Assembly: GCA_030700155.1 (NCBI GenBank)
Contig: JAUYJU010000027.1
Span: 75,484 to 139,483 of the forward strand
Source of the DNA: Candidatus Nanoarchaeia archaeon
Lineage (GTDB): Archaea > Nanobdellota > Nanobdellia > SCGC-AAA011-G17 > JAUYJU01
Direction of reading: 5' to 3'
Length of the DNA stretch: 64,000 nt
Part shown: positions 40,568 to 48,218 of the stretch, piece after piece
Layout of the letters: every line of letters starts with the position of its first letter
Position numbering within the stretch: position 1 is the stretch's first letter
Translations under genes and position numbers: made by a program
The notes under the pieces: model-generated
Told to the model about the DNA's origin: nothing
Seen by the model: only the letters and a program-made list of their open reading frames with translations
Database searches by the model: none

Positions 40568-40587
40568 TTCAAGTCCTCCTAGGGGCG
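40568..40587 (+). repeat. Orphan tRNA 3' fragment (att-like scar)
   Basis: TTCAAGT CCTCC TAGGGGC G parses as T-loop + 3' T-stem + 3' acceptor strand + discriminator; differs from all four tRNAs in the window. Confidence 0.5.
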
Positions 40588-40631
40588 TTAAATTTATAAG
40601 CAAAGATTCTTTCTTAAGTTTAGGTGATAAG

Positions 40632-41042
40632 ATGATTTCATGGAATGTAAACTATTTAGCGGTTTTCGTGACTGCAATAATCAGCATGGCAATAGGCATG
40701 TTTTGGTATTCTCAAAAAGCATTGGGTACGCAATGGATAGAATTAAGCAAAATCAAAATTGATAAAAAGAAAATGGAAGGCATGGGACAAAAGATGTTCA
40801 TTGCTTTCATAGCGGCATTAATAACTAGTTTTGTTCTAGCTAACTTCATAAAATTCACAGAAGCTGCAAATTTAGTTTCTGGGGCTCAGACAGGATTATT
40901 AATCTGGTTTGGATTTATTGCACCTGTGCAATTAGGAATTGTCCTTTGGGAAAGCAAACCCATTAAACTTTTCTTGATTAATACTGGTTGTTCTTTAGTT
41001 AACTTAGCTATAATTGGTGCCATTTTAGCAGTCTGGATGTAA
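40632..41042 (+). CDS. DUF1761-family membrane protein
   Basis: NYLAVFVTAIISMAIGMFWYS..GTQW; LWESKPIKLFLINTG; four TMs. Confidence 0.8.
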   Translation: MISWNVNYLAVFVTAIISMAIGMFWYSQKALGTQWIELSKIKIDKKKMEGMGQKMFIAFIAALITSFVLANFIKFTEAANLVSGAQTGLLIWFGFIAPVQLGIVLWESKPIKLFLINTGCSLVNLAIIGAILAVWM

Positions 41043-41068
41043 AACCAGACTTTTATTTAATTTTTAAA

Positions 41069-41395
41069 ATGAAAGATAAATTAAAAGAATCAATAGATCA
41101 CTTGCTTTCTTTAAAAGAAGGTTGGGATGATGCAGATGCTAAACCCATACAAAAAGCAACTATAGACAAAGCATTAAGTTATATGCCCAAAATTCTAGAA
41201 AAAATTAAAGAATTGTGGGATTTAGAATTAAAAGTGGAATATTTTTCGCCAGTTCAAGATGGGAGTATAGATATTGAATTACGTAAGGACCCAGACTATC
41301 ACATTTTATTTAACATTCCACCAGAAAAATTAACACCCACTTATTCTGGACAATTAACAGATGAGACTACCCATTATTACGGGGATTTAAAATAA
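41069..41395 (+). CDS. Hypothetical protein (L.EGWD....PI..P..DGSI type)
   Basis: LLSLKEGWDDADAKPI..SPVQDGSIDIE pattern recalled from accessory-region proteins. Confidence 0.55.
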   Translation: MKDKLKESIDHLLSLKEGWDDADAKPIQKATIDKALSYMPKILEKIKELWDLELKVEYFSPVQDGSIDIELRKDPDYHILFNIPPEKLTPTYSGQLTDETTHYYGDLK

Positions 41396-41409
41396 AAAGA
41401 AAAGTTGAC

Positions 41410-43938
41410 TTAAACGTCAACTATACCTTGTCCTGTTACCATAAAGACTGCTTCTCCGTCTGGCAAGGCAGGAGCGTCCACTAGCTTAGCAACTCTTGTT
41501 CCTTTCTTACCACGTCTTAAATAAATACGATAAGTAGAGTTGTGTACAACAAATCCATTTGCGATATAATTCTCAAACATTGGAACGCTTATATCGTACA
41601 ACGGCTCGCTATTTGGCAAAACTTTTACGCTTCTTACTTTTTCAAGTCTTACCTCGCCAATTAAAAGTTTCTTAATCAGGTTAACTTTCTCAACGCAAGA
41701 TTCTGGCACTTTTGTTTCAGCTAATGCAGCAATAACTCTTTCTAAACTGCTTCGTGAAACAAATTTATACTCAGCAGGTCTACTCTTTATGGTATGGGAT
41801 ATGGATATTCCACATTCTTTCAACAAAGTGATTATCTCTTCTCTTGCTAAAGGTATGATCTCTTTATTGTAAGTATTTTCACAATGAATCATCCATTTTT
41901 CCATTAAGTTTTGTTTATCAGATGCAGTTACACCTATCTCCTTTGCAAACGAATAAAAGTCTTTATTATCAAATAATAAAACCTCGATTATTTGTCCACT
42001 TTTTCTATTGGAGACTGTACGTCTGGATCTTATTCCAAATCTCAATAGTAGCATTTGTATAAAATTCAGAAGTTGTCCGTCTTTTTGACCAATAGTTGCT
42101 CTTGGTCTATTTTTGCTAACGTAACCTTCAGCATCCATAAAGCCTTTTATGAATGCCCTTACAACGTCTTTGGGAGACTTTGAGACAAACAAAAACAATT
42201 TCTCAGTCACCTGTTCCATAAGCATTGCTACTGCCTTACTATTGACAGCAAGTTGATAGCAATTTTTATCCTTAACTTTAGAGATTGAGCAGTCGATATT
42301 AAAAAGTTGCTGACAAATGTCACGATAATGCTCAACTACTTCCAACCTTTGGTCCCTGAATCTTACAGATCTTGAAGAAATATTTCCATCTCCAATGCAG
42401 TAACCTAAAACCTGTGCAAACTCTTCAGTCAAGTTGGCAGGCAAAGTTACATGACGATATTTACAAGTCTCAAATTGTTCAATGTACTCATAAACTTCCT
42501 GACTTACTCCTTGTTCAACAAGTTGTTCTACAACTTCTTGGCCAGTTGGATATCCTTGATTAAGAACTCTTCTGAATTGTCTCGGAGTAATAGAAAGTTC
42601 TTTGCATACGTCTACTCTTCTCAAGCCTTTTTTCTCTAATTCTTCTTTTATAAGGGCTGCACCTTCTCTAGTTATCCTTATCAAATCTTTTTGTTCAATA
42701 ACTGGAAGTTTCTGATACTTACAATCTAGTTCTATGGATTTTAAGTGCATTAAGTAATCCCCTTCATTAATATCTTTAGCCTTTACTTCTGCAACATCAA
42801 ATCCATCTAATTTAAAGAACCTATGTTCTCCAGAAGCCTTAATTCTATTGCCGGTATCAATTTCGTACACTTCAGAGATATCTTTTCTTTTAGAACCCCA
42901 ATCACAATAACCGAAGTTAGATTTCATCTCATTGAAATTAATAGTTGGTAATATGCCGGGTCCAGATATCTTACTTATGGGAGTTATTGTTCCGTCTCCT
43001 AACTGAATTAAAGTATCAGCACTTACACAATTATGTGCCACGATATGACCCCCAATAGCTTCTGTTGGATCTCCAAAGAAAGTATCTGGCTTAGCCATAA
43101 CTTGATTTGTTAGATAAATGGCTAAATCATAAGTATTTGCTAATTTCAACAAAGCATGCATATGTTTATTCAGCTTCTGCTGTCTGTCAGCCAACGTACC
43201 ACGACCAACAAACTCACTTCTAAAATGACCCATCAGAGAATCAACAATTACTAATTTAATTGGAACCCCTTGTTTTATTAGTTCTTCAACTTTCTCAACT
43301 AATAACATCTGATGATCTGAATTAAATGCACGAACACCTTTAACATTTTTCAGAACTTGTTCAGTGTCTAATCCTTTTACTTCAGCAAGTTGCTTAACAA
43401 ATTCTGGTCTTAAAGTACCTTCAGTATCTATAACCGCAACTGCACCTTCAGCACCACCTTTATCTTTAGGTAATTGTACATTAACCATTAATTGATGACC
43501 TATCGAAGTTTTTCCAGAACCATAAGCACCAAAGCACTCAGTTATAGCTCCAGTCTCAACACCTCCGCCTAATAAAGCATCAATAGCCTTGCTTCCAGTT
43601 GAAATCTTGGTTACGTTCTGTCTTTTTTGCAGTAAGTCTAATCCACTTTCAAAACCCATATTTAGATTTTGTCTTGCAGATTGAATTATTTTTCTTGCAG
43701 TTGCTTCTGTAACGCCAGCAATATCAACTAATTCTCCTGCACTTGCAACGGCAATTGTAAGCAAAGTATCAAATCCTGCATCTTTTAATTTTTCGGCTGT
43801 TGCAGCACCAACTCCGGGCAAATCTTGAACAGTAAATTCTTTCTTTTTCTCTTTTTTAACTTCTACAACAGTTTCAGTTTGAATGGATTCAGTTGTAGTT
43901 TGTTCTTCAGTCTCTTTTTTCTTACTCATTGTCTTCAT
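41410..43938 (-). CDS. radA: DNA repair/recombination protein RadA, intein-containing
   Basis: N-terminal HhH DLPGVG, GAYGSGKTS Walker A, IDTEGTLRPE, VDSLMGHFRSEF.GRGTLADRQQKL, TNQV, GGHIVAHN..STYRIYLRRG. Confidence 0.97.
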   Translation of the reverse strand: MKTMSKKKETEEQTTTESIQTETVVEVKKEKKKEFTVQDLPGVGAATAEKLKDAGFDTLLTIAVASAGELVDIAGVTEATARKIIQSARQNLNMGFESGLDLLQKRQNVTKISTGSKAIDALLGGGVETGAITECFGAYGSGKTSIGHQLMVNVQLPKDKGGAEGAVAVIDTEGTLRPEFVKQLAEVKGLDTEQVLKNVKGVRAFNSDHQMLLVEKVEELIKQGVPIKLVIVDSLMGHFRSEFVGRGTLADRQQKLNKHMHALLKLANTYDLAIYLTNQVMAKPDTFFGDPTEAIGGHIVAHNCVSADTLIQLGDGTITPISKISGPGILPTINFNEMKSNFGYCDWGSKRKDISEVYEIDTGNRIKASGEHRFFKLDGFDVAEVKAKDINEGDYLMHLKSIELDCKYQKLPVIEQKDLIRITREGAALIKEELEKKGLRRVDVCKELSITPRQFRRVLNQGYPTGQEVVEQLVEQGVSQEVYEYIEQFETCKYRHVTLPANLTEEFAQVLGYCIGDGNISSRSVRFRDQRLEVVEHYRDICQQLFNIDCSISKVKDKNCYQLAVNSKAVAMLMEQVTEKLFLFVSKSPKDVVRAFIKGFMDAEGYVSKNRPRATIGQKDGQLLNFIQMLLLRFGIRSRRTVSNRKSGQIIEVLLFDNKDFYSFAKEIGVTASDKQNLMEKWMIHCENTYNKEIIPLAREEIITLLKECGISISHTIKSRPAEYKFVSRSSLERVIAALAETKVPESCVEKVNLIKKLLIGEVRLEKVRSVKVLPNSEPLYDISVPMFENYIANGFVVHNSTYRIYLRRGKKGTRVAKLVDAPALPDGEAVFMVTGQGIVDV
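41539..43029 (-). mobile_element. Intein (497 aa) with LAGLIDADG endonuclease and an HTH-like insertion in RadA
   Basis: AHN|CVSADT..ASGEH..QVLGYCIGDGN..FIKGFMDAEG..LYDISV..ENYIANGFVVHN|STY; removal leaves a 345-aa RadA. Confidence 0.93.
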
Positions 43939-44182
43939 CCTCCCTATCTACTAAGAACAATTCTTGTTGCAGATTATGCAAAATAGCTTGTATCTTAGGT
44001 ATATCCGAACGTCTAAAATTAAAAGTTTCAGATCTCCAAACATCATCACCTTTCTTTTTATAGCTCCTAGTTAAAGTTGCGGTCTTAAACTCAACCTCAG
44101 TACCATTATCCAGGGTCCTTGCATTAGCCCAAATGCAACCTTCTATTGCACCTGACCTCCATTTTTTAATTGGCTTGTTCAT
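43922..44182 (-). CDS. Small conserved hypothetical protein upstream of radA, possibly nucleic-acid-binding (likely start ATG 44182)
   Basis: GGAGGT SD; IKKWRSGAIEGCIWAN..TLTRSYK..WRSETF beta-rich pattern. Confidence 0.7.
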   Translation of the reverse strand: MNKPIKKWRSGAIEGCIWANARTLDNGTEVEFKTATLTRSYKKKGDDVWRSETFNFRRSDIPKIQAILHNLQQELFLVDREDEDNE

Positions 44183-45308
44183 CTTTATTACCTCCAAGAT
44201 TGTGATTTGTAATCACATACTTCAAATTTGGTTGCATTGTACACATTACGATCCCAAATTCTATCAGCTTAGTTAGAATCAATTGTTCACTCAGCGATTC
44301 ATAATAAAATATTTCTATTAATTTTATTCCCTTTTCTTTACATCTTTTTTTAGTTTCTATATCTCGTGCAAATTGCTTTTTTAATCCAGTTAAATCCCCA
44401 TGAAAAAATTTAACAAATTCAAAATGCTGTATACCTTGGTATTCAAAAGCAATTTTCAAATTGGGTAAGAATATATCTAATTCATAACCATCTAAAGCTT
44501 CTCTATCGCGATATAATATAGTTTCGCCTAAGAATAATTCTCGAACATATTTCAATAATTCCAATTCCCTACTATATCCTTTACCTATGACCGGCAGTTT
44601 TAATAATTGCCTTCGTTCATTTTCTAGTCTCCTAACTCTTTGATAATTTAATTTATCAGTCTCTAATTTTCTAGCACGATTTTTAATTCTCCATAACTTA
44701 TTCATTTCTTTTTTCCTGGCGTGATTATTCATAACCCATCTTGAATATCTTTTCTTTACGCCCTCTTTATTAATTTCTGCCCATTTTTTCTTATATTGTT
44801 TTTTAGAACCTATTGCACAAGTGTCACATCTTAAGATTGTAGGGCTTCGTCCAGTTAAATTAAGATTACATTCAACGCACTTTTTATTTTTCTTTAAATT
44901 TAGAAACTTATTTGCCTTCGTCTTAATTGCACCTATAGATCTCTTTAATTTTTTAGCTAATATCTCATCTTCAATAAAAGAATAATTCTCTCTTAAGTAT
45001 TCATAATCCGCTTCAGTCCATAAGTTTTTAGGTTTTGAACCATTTTTTACTGCTTCTCTCAAATACAGCTTAAATTTCATATCCTTACTACGAATTTCAG
45101 AACAAGGTTTACATCTCAATGCATTAAGTAAAGAAGTTATATCCTTACTGCACATTAAACATTCTTTATATTTTTTTAGACCCATACCCCTATTAGCCTT
45201 GGCTCTAATAGCAAATATAGATCTATTAAGCTCTTTAGATAAAGTAAAATCATCTAAATAGGGATAATTTTTCTTCAGAAAATCCAATTCAAGTTTAGTC
45301 CATTTCAT
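44166..45308 (-). CDS. Free-standing putative endonuclease: 2x (HTH-like + C4 Zn finger) repeats, basic helical linker, C-terminal DUF559/Vsr-like nuclease
   Basis: WTKLELDFLKKNY..LNRSIFAIRAKANR..CLMC..CKPC and WTEADYEYLRENY..LKRSIGAIKTKANK..CVEC..CDTC; ELDIFLP..AFEYQGIQH..RD....C...GIKLIEI. Confidence 0.75.
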   Translation of the reverse strand: MKWTKLELDFLKKNYPYLDDFTLSKELNRSIFAIRAKANRGMGLKKYKECLMCSKDITSLLNALRCKPCSEIRSKDMKFKLYLREAVKNGSKPKNLWTEADYEYLRENYSFIEDEILAKKLKRSIGAIKTKANKFLNLKKNKKCVECNLNLTGRSPTILRCDTCAIGSKKQYKKKWAEINKEGVKKRYSRWVMNNHARKKEMNKLWRIKNRARKLETDKLNYQRVRRLENERRQLLKLPVIGKGYSRELELLKYVRELFLGETILYRDREALDGYELDIFLPNLKIAFEYQGIQHFEFVKFFHGDLTGLKKQFARDIETKKRCKEKGIKLIEIFYYESLSEQLILTKLIEFGIVMCTMQPNLKYVITNHNLGGNKDEQAN

Positions 45309-45409
45309 ATTTTGCTTTCCTTTCGGATCTTTTTCAATGGCGAAAAACAGATTTTGCTTTCGCGACTCCCTTTGGGAGTATAAACTAATAAGTAGAGCTT
45401 ACTTATAAA
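45309..45409 (-). promoter_or_regulatory. TATA box overlapped by an inverted repeat, plus a structured 5' leader for the endonuclease/radA operon
   Basis: TTTATAAG at 45402-45409 (-); stems at 45388-45406, 45365-45379, 45356-45363, 45330-45347, 45318-45327. Confidence 0.5.
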
Positions 45410-45501
45410 GACTTATACCGCATCTGGCAAGGTGGCAACGGTTAGAAAATATATTTTATAGAATATAATTATTTAAATTATAAGCTTGAAATAAAGTTAC
45501 A

Positions 45502-45891
45502 ATGCAAAAAAAAGAGGTTAAAGAAGCTATTGAAGAAATCCAGTTTCATATGGCAAAAGCAAAAGGTATTATTATTTACTTTAGAAAAAGTTCTATAAAA
45601 CATTTACAAAAAGAGCCTATTGAAAAGTTTAGGCTGCCGAAGAAAGAATTAAAAGAATTAAATATATTATTTGAGAATGTAATCAAGATTTCAAATAAAC
45701 TTCTTGACAACCTCAAAAATGACAAAGAATTATCAGACATTTTTAAAAAAAGTGCAATGGATCTTGCAGCAACAGAAAGAGAATTAAGTATAAGGTTACT
45801 TTCAAAAACTGATTCTCTGGATGTGCTTATGGGTGGAGAAGCAGCGGACAAACTGGAAGAGATTTACGAATTAACAAAAGTTATGGGTTAA
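45502..45891 (+). CDS. All-helical hypothetical protein
   Basis: 129 aa, K/E/L/I-rich amphipathic helices. Confidence 0.55.
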   Translation: MQKKEVKEAIEEIQFHMAKAKGIIIYFRKSSIKHLQKEPIEKFRLPKKELKELNILFENVIKISNKLLDNLKNDKELSDIFKKSAMDLAATERELSIRLLSKTDSLDVLMGGEAADKLEEIYELTKVMG

Positions 45892-45892
45892 A

Positions 45893-46258
45893 ATGGCAAT
45901 TACTCCTGAATTAAGAATACCACTTAAAATAATTGAAAATTCTGTTTTAAACTCATTAAATAGGATAGAAAAAATAAGGACAACTTTTTTAGATAAAATT
46001 GAAGTTATGGTAGAAATTGTTGGTATTCAAGAAAATATACATAAAATCAAAAAAGCCCTAGTCAAGGCAGTTGAATTAACTATTGATAAAAAAATGACAA
46101 AAATTATAAAAAGTTTAAATGTAGCGAATAGATTAGCAAATGAAATTATTTTGCGTATAGGTCCTTTAGAAGGAGAAGCATTTGCCAAGGAACTTGTAGT
46201 TTTAGAAAAAAGATTCATTGAAATGACTAACAATTTAAAGGAAACGTATAAAAATTAA
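45893..46258 (+). CDS. All-helical hypothetical protein, paralogue of the downstream ORF
   Basis: IIENSVLNSLNRIEK and IIKSLNVANRL resemble motifs in 46260-46649. Confidence 0.55.
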   Translation: MAITPELRIPLKIIENSVLNSLNRIEKIRTTFLDKIEVMVEIVGIQENIHKIKKALVKAVELTIDKKMTKIIKSLNVANRLANEIILRIGPLEGEAFAKELVVLEKRFIEMTNNLKETYKN

Positions 46259-46259
46259 A

Positions 46260-46649
46260 ATGGATAAAAAAACAACACAAGTATTACAAATAGAATTGAT
46301 GCTTATAGAAACTTCTGCAACAGTTATAGAAAAAAACGCAACTGAAAGTTTGAAACGTATTGAAAAATCAGTAATAAATAGAGAAGAAATATATCAACTT
46401 GCAGATTTTATATTAGAAAAATCAAAAAATATAGGAACAGCAATAACTAATATTCTTAAACTTGAAGATGTACCTGAATTTATTATTAAGGAGTTAAAGA
46501 GTGCAAATTTTCTACTCCACCAGATAGGGGAAAGAGTAGAAACAATTTACCCCGAAGAAAAAGAAGAGAATTTTAGGATAATTATTGAAGATATATTATC
46601 CTTTGCTTATAAAATAATCCAAAGAGTAGAACCTTTAATAGCAAAATAA
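46260..46649 (+). CDS. All-helical hypothetical protein
   Basis: VIEKNATESLKRIEK and IIKELKSANFL. Confidence 0.55.
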   Translation: MDKKTTQVLQIELMLIETSATVIEKNATESLKRIEKSVINREEIYQLADFILEKSKNIGTAITNILKLEDVPEFIIKELKSANFLLHQIGERVETIYPEEKEENFRIIIEDILSFAYKIIQRVEPLIAK

Positions 46650-47045
46650 TTAGTATCTTGAAGTTCTTGTTACTGTTCTTCCATTGTAATCATAAGAATA
46701 AGTATTGGTATATCTTGGAGTTGTATAAGAATCTCTTGAAGAAGTATAATCTGAAGTTCTTGCAGGCCTATAATATCTACTTCCTAAACATCTAACAGAA
46801 TATCCTCTACCAGCATATCTGTTATAATAAGTCCTGCTTGCATCTCTTCTTGAACACCCATCATAATATCTATCATAATCATCATGATAAGCTGGTCCTA
46901 CTGAACCTCTAAACTCTATTTCTTTTTCAAAAGTATTTCCATTAGAAGTTGTGCTATAAGTCCTTTCATAATAGTACAAAGCATCAACACTGGCAAAGCT
47001 AATTAAAAATAAAATTACAAAACTTAAAATTAATCTTTTCTTCAT
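46650..47045 (-). CDS. Secreted Tyr/Arg/Thr/Ser-rich low-complexity protein
   Basis: Signal peptide MKKRLILSFVILFLISFASVDA; mature part rich in Y/R/T/S with two Cys. Confidence 0.6.
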   Translation of the reverse strand: MKKRLILSFVILFLISFASVDALYYYERTYSTTSNGNTFEKEIEFRGSVGPAYHDDYDRYYDGCSRRDASRTYYNRYAGRGYSVRCLGSRYYRPARTSDYTSSRDSYTTPRYTNTYSYDYNGRTVTRTSRY

Positions 47046-47716
47046 TTTCTACCTTCGAAAATTTTTGCGCGACGTACCCCAAGGTCGGAACCCGAGTACT
47101 GCGGATACCTGAAGCAACCCAGGCCAGCCCAAACGGAATACGCACCAAACAACGCGACAGTTCCAACTCTTGGACAACCATAATATAAATCCCCTTTCTT
47201 TATTTTATTCTTTGGAAATCCTTGTGAGGTTGGATTCTTTAACCAAGACTCTAAATTAATCCCTGGAAGTCTATCTTCCATCAAGCAACCTTCTAAAGGT
47301 TCAGTAACTTGAGTTAATTTCCCAGATGAATCAAATTTAGGATAAGTTATTGTTCCTTCTTCAAATTTAGCATCTATCCATTCCCCCCTATAATGACCTC
47401 TAACTTCAAATATATCGCTTCTAATAGCTTCAACAACTTTTTTGGGAATCTTTTTTCTAGCGCAATTATACATTGGTTTATCAGAAAATAATAAGTTTGC
47501 AAAATCAACCCAAATATTTAGTGGTAACATAAATGCCTCTTCTTCCGGTAACTTACGCTTTAGATAATCCCAACTTAGATCAACACAACTTCTTGCAATA
47601 TCAATTTGTAAATCTGGATATTGATAAGCTCCTTTAGTTCTTTCATGAAGATGTATAGCTATAGATAATCTAGCTTCACTCAAATAATCTTTTAAAATCG
47701 TTTGACTATCTACCAT
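47042..47716 (-). CDS. Probable DGR target protein (C-type-lectin-fold variable protein, AvpA-like)
   Basis: C-terminus PRVGTVALFGAYSVWAGLGCFRYPQYSGSDLGVRRAK fits the archaeal DGR variable-region pattern; own TATA TTTATAAA at 47740-47747. Confidence 0.8.
   Translation of the reverse strand: MVDSQTILKDYLSEARLSIAIHLHERTKGAYQYPDLQIDIARSCVDLSWDYLKRKLPEEEAFMLPLNIWVDFANLLFSDKPMYNCARKKIPKKVVEAIRSDIFEVRGHYRGEWIDAKFEEGTITYPKFDSSGKLTQVTEPLEGCLMEDRLPGINLESWLKNPTSQGFPKNKIKKGDLYYGCPRVGTVALFGAYSVWAGLGCFRYPQYSGSDLGVRRAKIFEGRK
47066..47158 (-). repeat. DGR variable repeat (VR) core
   Basis: Hand count on the coding strand: 56/93 G+C and only 8 A; NNT/NNC codons alternate with fixed codons; ends GGGGTACGTCGCGC (IMH-like). 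Confidence 0.72.
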
Positions 47717-47720
47717 ATAT

Positions 47721-48218
47721 CTAGATTATCCAAGATATATTTATAAAATTATGCTTTACTACTAATACTACATCAAGTAAAACAAGCAAAACAAATAAAA
47801 CAGATTCTAAAATTCCTCCAGTGGTTATCGGTCCTGAAATCTTAAATCTAGATATTGGATAAAGAAAATCTATTCCACTTTTAGTAAACATATCTCCCAA
47901 TAAATGTGAAAAATAACCAATAGCTAAAGCCAACCCAATAAATCCAAATCCAAAATAATCAAAAATTAAATACAATCCGATTACTGGGAAAATAGAATGA
48001 AATATTCCCCTATGACTAACTACCCAAGAAATCATCCATGAGAAAGGGAAAAACAATTTAGAAATTTTGCTTTTAGGATGATCAATATCTGGAAATGAAC
48101 TGGCAATAGCAACAATAACTACAAATAACCATCTAGGACCAGTAAATATTTCATTAATAAAACTTAAACTAAAAAGCCCAACAAACAGTCCCAAAGCAAA
48201 ATGCGTTCTAAACATCAA
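47721..48218 (-). CDS. YdjM/LexA-binding-like inner-membrane metal-dependent hydrolase
   Basis: RTH, PDIDHP, HRGIFHS, YFSHLLGDMFT..G. Confidence 0.85.
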   Translation of the reverse strand: MMFRTHFALGLFVGLFSLSFINEIFTGPRWLFVVIVAIASSFPDIDHPKSKISKLFFPFSWMISWVVSHRGIFHSIFPVIGLYLIFDYFGFGFIGLALAIGYFSHLLGDMFTKSGIDFLYPISRFKISGPITTGGILESVLFVLLVLLDVVLVVKHNFINISWII

